Sequence record: PZ386967.1
DNA: 64,000 nt
Strand: one strand, 5' to 3'
DNA from: a phage
The first letter of the stretch is position 1; every line of letters starts with the position of its first letter. Below, piece after piece: positions 35,356 to 44,257 of the stretch. Made by a program: the position numbers and the translations under genes. Below the pieces are notes generated by a model. The model was not told the DNA's origin and did no database searches. It saw nothing but the letters and a program-made list of their open reading frames with translations.

Positions 35356-35666
35356 TGGTCGATTATTGGTTGTTGGCGAACTTCCTGACGTTCGCTTTGT
35401 TGTTAGTGGTTGTCTTGGTCTGGGTGAAGTCGTTCTTCACTCTGGTTCATGCGTATGTGTACCAGATCAACTTCTACACGCTGTCCCCACATCGTGACAC
35501 GAACGTTCGTGCCGATCAACAGGCCGAGGCTATCCTCTCATATCAGTTCATCCACATGCGCGATAAAATGATCAAGCGTGTAGTGTTTTCTACAGTGATG
35601 TTGCTGGTTATCATTATGGTGCGTTTCGTACTGACAACCGTGGGGGTGTTCCATGCCGCTGTATGA
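35352..35666 (+). CDS. Membrane protein (two predicted TM segments)
   Basis: Hydrophobic stretches LLANFLTFALLLVVVLVWV and VVFSTVMLLVIIMV. Confidence 0.45.
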   Translation: MMVDYWLLANFLTFALLLVVVLVWVKSFFTLVHAYVYQINFYTLSPHRDTNVRADQQAEAILSYQFIHMRDKMIKRVVFSTVMLLVIIMVRFVLTTVGVFHAAV

Positions 35667-35898
35667 TTATCAATGCAAGGGCTGTGGTAACGCGATGACA
35701 CTGCGTAAATCTATTGCAGATCGCCATGAGCCTGAATCCAACCCTTGCACTGAGTGCGGAGGGGAGATTAAAATGATCGTGGGTGCTCCCAAGATTGTCT
35801 CTGGGGTGAAGGGACCACAATCAGCTCCAGACGGCTTCAAGGACGTCTTGCGTACGATAAAGAAGGGTTCGGGTAAGGGGAACACAATCGATGTCTGA
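35653..35898 (+). CDS. FmdB-family zinc-ribbon protein
   Basis: MPLYDYQCKGCG ... CTECGG matches the FmdB regulatory zinc-ribbon signature. Confidence 0.5.
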   Translation: MPLYDYQCKGCGNAMTLRKSIADRHEPESNPCTECGGEIKMIVGAPKIVSGVKGPQSAPDGFKDVLRTIKKGSGKGNTIDV

Positions 35899-36136
35899 CG
35901 AAAAACAGCCAGCGCTTGTGATGACACCAGAATTATTTTCTGAAATCGTCCTACTACGCGCCGCCCAAACCAAGGATAGTATCCTTGAGACTCTGGCAGC
36001 TGTCTGTGAAGAGAACGACATAGACGAGACCAAAGTCAAAAAGATGATTACAGCACCATTGTTGTCACGACTGACAGCTGAGTGCTCCGATGCGCGCCTG
36101 ATCAAAGACGCGCTAAAGTCTAAGAAATTAGTGTAG
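35891..36136 (+). CDS. Hypothetical protein
   Basis: ORF overlapping upstream stop. Confidence 0.4.
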   Translation: MSDEKQPALVMTPELFSEIVLLRAAQTKDSILETLAAVCEENDIDETKVKKMITAPLLSRLTAECSDARLIKDALKSKKLV

Positions 36137-36143
36137 GTCTATT

Positions 36144-36383
36144 ATGAGCAAAGAATCAATTTACAGCGCAATGAAAGCCTCCGAATTCCTTCCTGGCTCT
36201 ATGCGCTGGCGTGTGGGTAGCCTGAACGAGCATGCCGACCAGACGGATCGTATTCGTTACGTTACCCCTGATGGTCGCTCATATGTCGTTGAGTATCACA
36301 CGCACGACGAAGGCAAGAAGACGTTTTCGGACGTGTTCGACATTATTGAAATTGACCCAGCAAATCAAGTGCTTAAAGGTTAA
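36144..36383 (+). CDS. Hypothetical protein
   Basis: 79 aa ORF. Confidence 0.4.
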   Translation: MSKESIYSAMKASEFLPGSMRWRVGSLNEHADQTDRIRYVTPDGRSYVVEYHTHDEGKKTFSDVFDIIEIDPANQVLKG

Positions 36384-36481
36384 TTCAATGTAAGATCGGG
36401 GTATAATTACCCCGCTTTGTAGCAAACTGAAATACATGTAACAGAATAGCCCTGAGGGGCGGAAACAGAGGAAATTAAGAA

Positions 36482-37492
36482 ATGGGTAATTTATTCGATC
36501 GTCTGAAAGCATCTCGTGGCCAGCAAACTGAAGCAATGCAGGCGCGTCTTGCACAGCAAGGCCAGAAGTCCGGTTTCCAGAAGGATCCTCGCATCTGGAA
36601 ATGGACTTGGAACAAAGATGGTATCTCCGAGAATATCATCCGCTTCCTGCCAGTCCCGCTGGTAGACCTCAAGGCACAGGAAGAAGGGACGATCGATAAA
36701 GATCAGATCCTCACCCCTTGTGCCATGATCATGAAGCATCAGTTCCAAGGACCTGGTGGTTGGTACATTGAGAACTCACCTCAGACGTTCGGCAACGACG
36801 ATCCGGTGCGCGACCATGACCGTCCGCTGTGGGCGCAGCAGAAAGAAACGAACGACGAAAAGCTGAAGGACATCCTGAAGAAACGTCTACCCAACACCGA
36901 TTACTACGCTAACATTCTGGTGATCAAAGATGTCAACGTACCGGAAAACAACGGCAAGGTCTTCCTGTTGAAATTTGGTAACGCCATCAAGAAAATCCTG
37001 GATCAGGCGCAGAATCCTAAGTTCCCAACCGACCCTAAATTCGATCCGTTCGATCTGTGGGAAGGTGCCAACCTGAACCTGAAGCTCTTTGGCGAGCAGA
37101 AGAAGTTTGGGAACTGGGAAGGTCTGGTGGCAAACTTCAGTAAGGTGGTGTGGGAGAACCCTGCCCCGCTGAGTGATGACGAAGCGTATATGGAAGACGT
37201 CTGGTCTCGTGAGCATAGCCTGTTTGAATTCTTCAATCCGGCTAACTTCAAAGACTACGACACCCTGGAAAAGCGCCTGCGCAAAGTTCTGGCAATTCCT
37301 GATGACCAGCCTCTGGTTGAAGGTGGTGCAGCCACGATGGCTCATGCTCCTAGCACCCAGACTACACATCAGCCAACTGCTCAAGACAGCCTGAAACAGC
37401 AACAGGCCGCGCCGTCGCAGGCTCAGACTCAACCGGATGCCAGAAACACGGCTACCATTGATGAATTCGAGCAGTATCTCAAGTCTAACTGA
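36482..37492 (+). CDS. 32: Single-stranded DNA-binding protein gp32
   Basis: IRFLP, YYANILVIKDVNVPENNGKVF and WEGANLNLK match T4 gp32 (IRFLP, [30 protein letters not shown]); acidic Q/A/P-rich C-terminal tail. Confidence 0.85.
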   Translation: MGNLFDRLKASRGQQTEAMQARLAQQGQKSGFQKDPRIWKWTWNKDGISENIIRFLPVPLVDLKAQEEGTIDKDQILTPCAMIMKHQFQGPGGWYIENSPQTFGNDDPVRDHDRPLWAQQKETNDEKLKDILKKRLPNTDYYANILVIKDVNVPENNGKVFLLKFGNAIKKILDQAQNPKFPTDPKFDPFDLWEGANLNLKLFGEQKKFGNWEGLVANFSKVVWENPAPLSDDEAYMEDVWSREHSLFEFFNPANFKDYDTLEKRLRKVLAIPDDQPLVEGGAATMAHAPSTQTTHQPTAQDSLKQQQAAPSQAQTQPDARNTATIDEFEQYLKSN

Positions 37493-37519
37493 TCAAACAA
37501 GCCATCTTCGGATGGCTTT

Positions 37520-38464
37520 TTATTTTCCCATCACGTCTTTCAATATCCCCAACAGGCTTGTCTTCTCCGCCGCCGTCAGGTTATCGTTGCCCATGATGTC
37601 ACGAGAGATACCTACCGAGATGCGCTCGAAGTCCTGTATGCTTATCCCAGCCAGGTTGTTTACAAGTTGGTCAAGCTGTTTGTAAGCCAGGAGAGCCTCT
37701 CCTGTGAAGTTCCCTTCTTTCACCTTGCGATAAAGCTGTCCGGCTTTTGAGGCCGCAGTTTCCCAGTCACCACTGGTAAGAGCGTCAGCAATACCGAGAG
37801 GAAGAAAATCGCTGGAAAGGCTGCGTGTTTCATATTCTGTCTCCGAAAGCACTTTGTTGTAAGAGAAAGAAATGTTGTACTGGTTGAACTGGTCTGTGGC
37901 ACCTTTATCCAGCTCAATAGAACTGAAATTTATTGGGTGAGCCTCGACGATGTAGACGCGGTGGACCACTTGATCTTCGGTGTCAAGCTGTTCAATGCAT
38001 ATGTCAGTCACGAAGTCTTCGTAATATCCCATTTTGGTGGTGTGTGGATCAAAGATCAGACTCTTCCACTTGTCCATCACAGACTTCTCATAATAGTCAT
38101 TGGCTAATAAGAATGACAAGTCGAGGTCGACGTTGGACTTGTTGTTCGGCATCTTGATGTGATTACCGTTGCTTGTCATTGGAGTGGTGTCGATACCAAC
38201 CCCTGGCAATGAGGCAACCATACACATCATCTGAAGGGAACGGGACGTCTGGTTTGTCCCTCCAAAGAAAGCGTTTACAATACGGGCTGACTGCTTAAAC
38301 AAGTCACCGAAAGATGAATTGGTTCTGTACGCCTTTCCGTCATTAGCCAGAGTGGCATTGGAGTCAAAGATCCCTGGTGGTAGAGGGATGGTCACTCTGA
38401 AGCGGTTCTTGCGCGACAAGCCCCGCTGTAATATCTGTGTGATAAAATTGCGATAGTCTTCCAC
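37520..38464 (-). CDS. Late structural protein, possibly baseplate/tail-tube associated (gp48/gp54-like); assignment uncertain
   Basis: TATAAATA octamer on the minus strand about 35 nt upstream. Confidence 0.45.
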   Translation of the reverse strand: MEDYRNFITQILQRGLSRKNRFRVTIPLPPGIFDSNATLANDGKAYRTNSSFGDLFKQSARIVNAFFGGTNQTSRSLQMMCMVASLPGVGIDTTPMTSNGNHIKMPNNKSNVDLDLSFLLANDYYEKSVMDKWKSLIFDPHTTKMGYYEDFVTDICIEQLDTEDQVVHRVYIVEAHPINFSSIELDKGATDQFNQYNISFSYNKVLSETEYETRSLSSDFLPLGIADALTSGDWETAASKAGQLYRKVKEGNFTGEALLAYKQLDQLVNNLAGISIQDFERISVGISRDIMGNDNLTAAEKTSLLGILKDVMGK

Positions 38465-38498
38465 GGTGAGGACTCCACTTAAATAAAATAACTGTTAT

Positions 38499-38506
38499 TA
38501 TTTATA
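38499..38506 (-). promoter_or_regulatory. T4-type late promoter TATAAATA
   Basis: Plus strand reads TATTTATA upstream of minus gene start at 38464; coordinates approximate. Confidence 0.45.
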
Positions 38507-38517
38507 GGAGTTGACAA

Positions 38518-39222
38518 ATGGCAAAGAATGCAGCTGGCGAAGAAGATCCGTTGCTGTTTCCGGCCGAGATGGACGCCCCCGAGCTGGTCAAGCGTTACAT
38601 CCGCAAGTACCGTCAACACTTCGGTCCAGAGGCGAAGCGTAACATCCGCCGTTCGCATGTGTGGTTCATGGAGCGTGTGTCTAAGGACGCCAACCTGAAT
38701 CCCAACCATATGAAACAGGCGTTTGCTGATCACAAACGTCCGGTACAAGGTGTGCGGTATATAGTCGGGCGTATGTTCTATTTCAAATATGATGCTCTGA
38801 CGAAGAATGAACTACCCTACTGGGATATGTACCCTCTGGTGTTCTTCTTCAACTTTGTCAAGGGTGATGGTATCACCTTTGGAGAGAAGGGTGTGACATA
38901 CCTCTGGGGACTCAACATGCACTACCTGCCACCGAAGCTCAGGCTGTTGGTGTTTGAGGATCTGATTAAGTTGCGTAACGAACGGGCATACCGCTCAAAG
39001 ACGCGTCTGAAGCTCACCTGGGAAGCCCTGAAGCGCTTCGCCAACCATCCGCTGTACAATCACTGTGTGAAGCTGTACCGCGCCGATCAGTTCCGTTCAC
39101 AGCTTTACGAGATTGAACCACAGTACTGGGAGATCGTTCTCTTCATGCGCACGGCTCGCTTCCAGAAACAGAGCCAGATGTCTGTGTGGAAAGATGCACG
39201 TCGTATGCATAAGAAGAAATAG
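38518..39222 (+). CDS. Hypothetical protein
   Basis: 234 aa ORF with GGAG RBS. Confidence 0.5.
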   Translation: MAKNAAGEEDPLLFPAEMDAPELVKRYIRKYRQHFGPEAKRNIRRSHVWFMERVSKDANLNPNHMKQAFADHKRPVQGVRYIVGRMFYFKYDALTKNELPYWDMYPLVFFFNFVKGDGITFGEKGVTYLWGLNMHYLPPKLRLLVFEDLIKLRNERAYRSKTRLKLTWEALKRFANHPLYNHCVKLYRADQFRSQLYEIEPQYWEIVLFMRTARFQKQSQMSVWKDARRMHKKK

Positions 39223-39285
39223 TTCTATAACCTGTTCCGAGGGATAATTCGTGAACGGGTAATCCTTCAACAATGAGGCTATAAC

Positions 39286-40035
39286 ATGTCACAAATGTAT
39301 CGTTTGTTCGGTCTGGAGTTTACGCCAGCCCGTCTTGAAATGAAACTCCCAAACTTTGAAAAGAGCGGGTTCGAAGTCGGTTGCGTCCTGGGGTTCGATC
39401 GCAATGGCAGATCTGTCCGTGAACACAATATCTTCGACGCGCTGGGTCTGAAAGAAGACAGCGAAACCGCAATTCAGTTCAGCGAAGACATTCGTTTTGG
39501 TCATGCCGACCTGTACGATTATGTCCGTGATGTGATCGCTGGATATGAACATGCCAAAGCGCATATGAAGATGGCGACAGAGGCTTGCCTGAAGCTGGCG
39601 CATTGTCTATACTTCTTTGGTCGCAAGCGTCAGAATCTCGATATGGTATTCCCATCGGAACTGCTTGAACGCTTCTCTGAAACCGAATTCCTGCTGAAGC
39701 AAGCTGACGGAGTTGCTGTCAAATCTAGTGAAGTATTCAAACACCCGATAAATCTGGTGTCTGGGCATCTGCTGGTAGGGCGTGATCAGGTCGACCTGGC
39801 GATTCATCCGGATATGGAGTATGATCAGAACTCCTGTCGTGCCATCCACAACTACGTAGGTGCCATTCTAGAAAACTTGTACTCAGCCATGGAAGAAGTG
39901 ATGGCAGCAGAACAACAGGAAGAAGTGATTCGTCGTATCCGCGAAGATATCGAAGGGAAGGTGAAACAGGATGTTCTGGTGGGATATCTACCAGAGCATT
40001 TCCCTGAAGTTCCAAACTTCTACCTGTCCAAATAA
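39286..40035 (+). CDS. Hypothetical protein
   Basis: 249 aa ORF. Confidence 0.5.
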   Translation: MSQMYRLFGLEFTPARLEMKLPNFEKSGFEVGCVLGFDRNGRSVREHNIFDALGLKEDSETAIQFSEDIRFGHADLYDYVRDVIAGYEHAKAHMKMATEACLKLAHCLYFFGRKRQNLDMVFPSELLERFSETEFLLKQADGVAVKSSEVFKHPINLVSGHLLVGRDQVDLAIHPDMEYDQNSCRAIHNYVGAILENLYSAMEEVMAAEQQEEVIRRIREDIEGKVKQDVLVGYLPEHFPEVPNFYLSK

Positions 40036-40049
40036 CTCCACTGTGAGAG

Positions 40050-40331
40050 GTGTGTATGAAACGTTATCTGAAGCTGACGACTGTCCTTGAGTCGATCATA
40101 GAGTATTTCATCATGCAACACCTCCGCGCCGACAACATGCATTTAGACGGTTGCCTGACGTATGACCACAAGATCATTGTCCATTCTGTTGAAGTGGTGG
40201 ATGATGATCTGATGATTGCAAATGTAGAACACTGTCTGTTTGATGAGTCGGTTGATGCGTACTGCCAACCACGGTTCGCAAAAGTCGAGCTAACAAATTG
40301 TTGGCCGCCGGAAATGGTTTTTCTATATTGA
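40050..40331 (+). CDS. Hypothetical protein
   Basis: 93 aa ORF. Confidence 0.4.
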   Translation: MCMKRYLKLTTVLESIIEYFIMQHLRADNMHLDGCLTYDHKIIVHSVEVVDDDLMIANVEHCLFDESVDAYCQPRFAKVELTNCWPPEMVFLY

Positions 40332-40423
40332 CGTAGAAAGTTAATATTCACGCAAGTTCGCGCTCCACTTGGTCGCGCACCTTATAACACTAAGGTGTTA
40401 ACTTTCTTTTCAATAAAAAGTAG

Positions 40424-40452
40424 TTTACATCTATGAAAATGCAGTATATTAT
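40424..40452 (+). promoter_or_regulatory. Early-type promoter TTTACA-N17-TATTAT
   Basis: Near-consensus sigma70-like hexamers with 17 nt spacing upstream of 40521; coordinates approximate. Confidence 0.5.
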
Positions 40453-40520
40453 GTTCTCACTACACAGTCAGAACAACAATATGCCGCGGATACGGTCTTA
40501 ATAACGAAAGGGTTTTTATT

Positions 40521-41360
40521 ATGTCATATATTCTTCATGTGGATTCTGGAACCAAAATTGAAATTGAAGGCAAAGACGTTGCTGCTATTCAGGCTGAAAT
40601 CAAAGAAGCAGGTCTGATCATCGGAAACGTTACCCTGCGCCGTATGGTTGAAGGTGTTCTTCAGGCTGCCAACGGCTTCGAACTGATTGAAGGTCTGAGC
40701 GCCGAAGAGAAGGAAGAAACTCAGCAGGCTCTGGCGCAAGCCCAAGAGCAAGCCCAAGCTGAAGTATCCCTGAAAGTCGCTGAAACCGTTGATGCTGAAG
40801 CACCGATCTCTGCCGATGCATGTGAAGCCCCAGTGTCCGACGCCCCGGTAGACGCGGTTGAAGATGCAGTCAACGCGGCGCTGGAAGAAGGCAATCAGCC
40901 GTCCGACGCGAAAATCGGTTCCTTAGCGTCTTCTATGCTGAAAGAAGCATCGAAGGGTAAGACCCTGACCCCGCAGGCAGCGCTGGTAGAGCGTAAACGC
41001 CGTCACACCAAACGTGAGGAAATGGTTGACTTGGCTCGCGCTTCTAATCACGGTCCGGTCTTGGCGGCGATTGAAGCTGGTGTTGTCCCCGGCGTGTTCC
41101 TGAGCTACGTGAACCCAGACATGCGTTGGTTCCAGTTCCCGGTCACCGAACTGGCTAACCCTGAAAACCTTCACGCCCGCACCAATACGTATGTCGACGT
41201 TGCGCCTATCGTTTCCGGTGGCTGGGGCTTCAGTCTGTACGTGAACGGCAAGTCCTTCACCAAACGTCAGAAGATCAAAGAGTCTGATGCTGAGTCTCTG
41301 GTTAAGGCGATCAATGAATGGCTTCCACAGGCTCTGGCTGAAGCGAAAGCTGCTGCGTAA
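40521..41360 (+). CDS. Hypothetical protein with acidic Q/A/E-rich linker
   Basis: 279 aa ORF after strong promoter. Confidence 0.5.
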   Translation: MSYILHVDSGTKIEIEGKDVAAIQAEIKEAGLIIGNVTLRRMVEGVLQAANGFELIEGLSAEEKEETQQALAQAQEQAQAEVSLKVAETVDAEAPISADACEAPVSDAPVDAVEDAVNAALEEGNQPSDAKIGSLASSMLKEASKGKTLTPQAALVERKRRHTKREEMVDLARASNHGPVLAAIEAGVVPGVFLSYVNPDMRWFQFPVTELANPENLHARTNTYVDVAPIVSGGWGFSLYVNGKSFTKRQKIKESDAESLVKAINEWLPQALAEAKAAA

Positions 41361-41434
41361 TTTAAGTTCAGAAACTGTTCAAAAGATGAAGGGGCTGCTA
41401 TAATAGCAGCTCCTTTTGTTTATTGGAGCAGTTT

Positions 41435-42094
41435 ATGTCCTACTCCCTGAAGGGGTTGATGAAGCGCCCCGTCCACACATTCTTTAAACCACCCGTCGTA
41501 AAGGGGATCTACCCAGCACGAGGGCAAATCTACTACGTCAAAGGCTCCAATGGTAGCGGTAAATCCACTGTGCCGTCTCAGCTGGCGGAGAGGGATCCTC
41601 AGGCGTATGTCGTGACCCATAATGGCAAGGTCATGCTGACTGTCTGTCCTTCGTTCAACGTGGTCTGTATCGGTAAATATGACAAGTCGAAGTCCAAGGG
41701 GGTTGATTCCCTGAAGGACACTGAGCAGATGTTGTTCGCGTTGTCTATTGCTGACCAACCAGAATACTTGAAATATGATGTGATTTTCGAAGGTATCATT
41801 CCATCCACATTATTGAGTTCTTGGATCCCCCGTCTGACACGCCCACCACGTGAATTGGTTGTGCTCTTTATGGACACTCCTCTTGAAACGTGTATCACCC
41901 GCGTTAAATCACGTAACGGCGGTGTGGACTTCAATGAAAGTCTGGTGGTCGAGAAGTGGGAGAGAGTTCATGACCATCGTCAACGACATAAAGACTTGTT
42001 CCCTACGGTAGCTGCGGGTATGATGAAGTCTCACGGCCTAACGGTAGACCAGGCTGTGATGGCATTCCTCTGTCGTGATTTTGGGAGTATCTGA
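41435..42094 (+). CDS. P-loop kinase of unknown substrate (candidate nucleotide or DNA-base kinase)
   Basis: Start trimmed to MSYSL; Walker A GSNGSGKST; first gene of a translationally coupled nucleotide-metabolism operon. Confidence 0.5.
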   Translation: MSYSLKGLMKRPVHTFFKPPVVKGIYPARGQIYYVKGSNGSGKSTVPSQLAERDPQAYVVTHNGKVMLTVCPSFNVVCIGKYDKSKSKGVDSLKDTEQMLFALSIADQPEYLKYDVIFEGIIPSTLLSSWIPRLTRPPRELVVLFMDTPLETCITRVKSRNGGVDFNESLVVEKWERVHDHRQRHKDLFPTVAAGMMKSHGLTVDQAVMAFLCRDFGSI

Positions 42095-43140
42095 TGGAAA
42101 TCAAAGCAATTAACAACAATGACATGCTGAAGCAGGCTGTCTTGGCTATCCGTGAATTCGGGATCGAATCTGATCCTGGTAATGCTGAAATCAATACTGA
42201 TAGCACCCGCTTCCTTGATGGTGTGACTATCACTGTTTCCGATATTCGTGACCGCTGGCTCTCCGTTGAAGGTCGCAACTCATCGGCTATCGCTGCCATC
42301 GGCGAGACCTTCTGGGTGTTGTCAGGTCGCAACGACATAAAGTTCCTGTCACGCGTATTGCCTCGCGCTGCTAACTTTTCGGATGATGGGGTAACATGGC
42401 GAGCTGCTTATGGTCCGCGTCTGTACGCCCATGGCCAGCTGGATAGCGTTATCAACCGCCTGCGCAAGAACCCAAACACTCGTCAGGCGTACCTCACCAT
42501 CTATGACCCGGCTCTAGATTCGGATGCTGGTCTGGCGAAGTTCAGCGAGAGCGGCGAAGCAAAGACTAAAGACATGGTGTGTAACCTGGCTCTGTTGTTC
42601 GCCATCGTTGAAGGTCGTCTGAACCTGACGGTCATCAATCGCTCACAGGATGTTCTGTGGGGGATGAGTTCAATCAACTTCATTGAGTTCTCTATTCTTC
42701 AGGAAGTGATTGCTCGGGTGTTAGATGTTGATGTCGGTCAGTACAAGCTCTTCTCCAACAATCTTCATTACTACAACAATGAAGTCAGCCAGAAGCAGCT
42801 GGGAAAGATCACGAAGGACACCAAAGTAGAAGCTGGGTTCATCAACACCATGATTCACTTCACGAACGTGACCAACCAGAACCATATCCGCAATCTGTTC
42901 ACTGGTGTGCTTCATCACTGTGATATCGGTAGCCCGTGGGAAACTGTGGTTGCTCACCTGAAGGAATACGATGCGGATCGCGGCCTGATTGTACAGATGG
43001 CGTACTGTCTGCACTGCAAACTGAACGAAAAGCTCATTAACCTGGACCTGATTCAGGATCATGGCTTGAACACCGCGCTCACCCATTCTCCGGTTGACCG
43101 CAAGATCGTTGATCCTAAGTTCCTGGAAGGTGTAGTATGA
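42094..43140 (+). CDS. Thymidylate-synthase-family pyrimidine hydroxymethylase-like enzyme (dUMP or dCMP hydroxymethylase candidate)
   Basis: Catalytic-Cys region DMVCNLALLF and NRSQDVLWG align to T4 gp42 (FMCTNT, MRSNDVVFG) and TS (PCH, QRSCDVFLG); lacks canonical TS WNP and PCH motifs; about 100 aa C-terminal extension. Confidence 0.6.
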   Translation: MEIKAINNNDMLKQAVLAIREFGIESDPGNAEINTDSTRFLDGVTITVSDIRDRWLSVEGRNSSAIAAIGETFWVLSGRNDIKFLSRVLPRAANFSDDGVTWRAAYGPRLYAHGQLDSVINRLRKNPNTRQAYLTIYDPALDSDAGLAKFSESGEAKTKDMVCNLALLFAIVEGRLNLTVINRSQDVLWGMSSINFIEFSILQEVIARVLDVDVGQYKLFSNNLHYYNNEVSQKQLGKITKDTKVEAGFINTMIHFTNVTNQNHIRNLFTGVLHHCDIGSPWETVVAHLKEYDADRGLIVQMAYCLHCKLNEKLINLDLIQDHGLNTALTHSPVDRKIVDPKFLEGVV

Positions 43141-43706
43141 TGTACCCAAATCTTGAATTCTTTACGGGGCGCAAACGCTCCGGTAAGGACTTCTGTTTGG
43201 AGTCCCTCATCAGCTATCACCAACTACAGGGTGATATGGACATCCAGCGCCTTTCGTTCTCAGATGAACTGCGCCGTGTGGCCAACTACATCTACCCATG
43301 GCTGCCAGCGGAGGTAGAGGATGCCGTGAAGGACGTTCCTTACGTGCACCCTGATAACCCCAAGGGCTTAACTCCACGGCAGATCTGGCTTCATCTGGGC
43401 AGCGATACGGGCTTGCGTTACGTACAGCCTGATCTGTTCCTGGCATTCTTCAAGCGCTTCCAGCTTCCTCTGGTAGAGCAGAACCCCCACGTCCATTATA
43501 TCGTGAGTGATCTGCGTACCCCTCAGGAATATGAATGGGCGCTGAGTACGAAATGTCCTATCACCCGTATTTCAAAGGCCGACCGTGCTGGTATCATAGA
43601 GGACGATATAGAGGCTTTCATTGACCAAATGAAAGTGGACTACGAATTCCTCAATCCATTTGATGGTTGGGAACCGTTCGTTAAATTCTACGGAGAACGT
43701 AAATGA
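43137..43706 (+). CDS. 1: Deoxynucleoside monophosphate kinase, gp1-like
   Basis: FTGRKRSGKDF matches T4 gp1 LSGVKRSGKDT; VSDLRTPQEYE resembles gp1 VPDTRQDHEMD. Confidence 0.65.
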   Translation: MMYPNLEFFTGRKRSGKDFCLESLISYHQLQGDMDIQRLSFSDELRRVANYIYPWLPAEVEDAVKDVPYVHPDNPKGLTPRQIWLHLGSDTGLRYVQPDLFLAFFKRFQLPLVEQNPHVHYIVSDLRTPQEYEWALSTKCPITRISKADRAGIIEDDIEAFIDQMKVDYEFLNPFDGWEPFVKFYGERK

Positions 43707-44257
43707 TCACAGCAGGACATATCAAAAGCCTGCTCGAACTCCAAAAGGCCACCAACGTGGCCTATTTTGGGGAAGAGTGGAAGAATGTATGGAGTCAGAA
43801 CGCAGTCATCAACTCTATCTATCGTGAGTGGGCAGAGTTCCTTGATGAAACCACCCGTGACTGGAAGGTCTATGGCAACGACATCAGGTTTGACCATACG
43901 AACGCAGTTTATGAACTGGTGGACGTGGTACACTTCATGTTGTGCTTCATCCTTGTGGACCGCACCAAAGGTGAGATCGAAGAAGAATTTGAAGTCCTTA
44001 GCAATCGCGAATTCACCCCATCTGCTTTGGGTGTTGTAGGGCATCGCAATGTTACGTACCGCCTTGGGCAATTCATGAACGATCCTTGCGTTGAGACTCT
44101 CATGTTCTTCCTGTCGTCTGCGTGTTCTTATATGGAGATCGACATTGAGACTTACATGCTGGCACACAAACGCAAGAACGATCGCAATCGTCTGCGTGCT
44201 TCTGGTGGTGTGGATTACGACAAGTCCGCAGAAACCCCTCTGACCCTGGAGTTCTAA
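43703..44257 (+). CDS. 56: All-alpha NTP pyrophosphatase, gp56 dCTPase/dUTPase-like
   Basis: YELVDVVHFMLCF matches T4 gp56 FELVDIFHFVLNMF. Confidence 0.6.
   Translation: MITAGHIKSLLELQKATNVAYFGEEWKNVWSQNAVINSIYREWAEFLDETTRDWKVYGNDIRFDHTNAVYELVDVVHFMLCFILVDRTKGEIEEEFEVLSNREFTPSALGVVGHRNVTYRLGQFMNDPCVETLMFFLSSACSYMEIDIETYMLAHKRKNDRNRLRASGGVDYDKSAETPLTLEF

Noticed and set aside
42094-43140. Calling the TS-family gene simply thymidylate synthase (td) or simply T4-type dCMP hydroxymethylase (gene 42)
   Set aside because: It lacks the canonical TS WNP/PCH motifs and lacks the Asp that gives gp42 its cytosine specificity at the aligned position; left as a hydroxymethylase-like enzyme of undetermined substrate.
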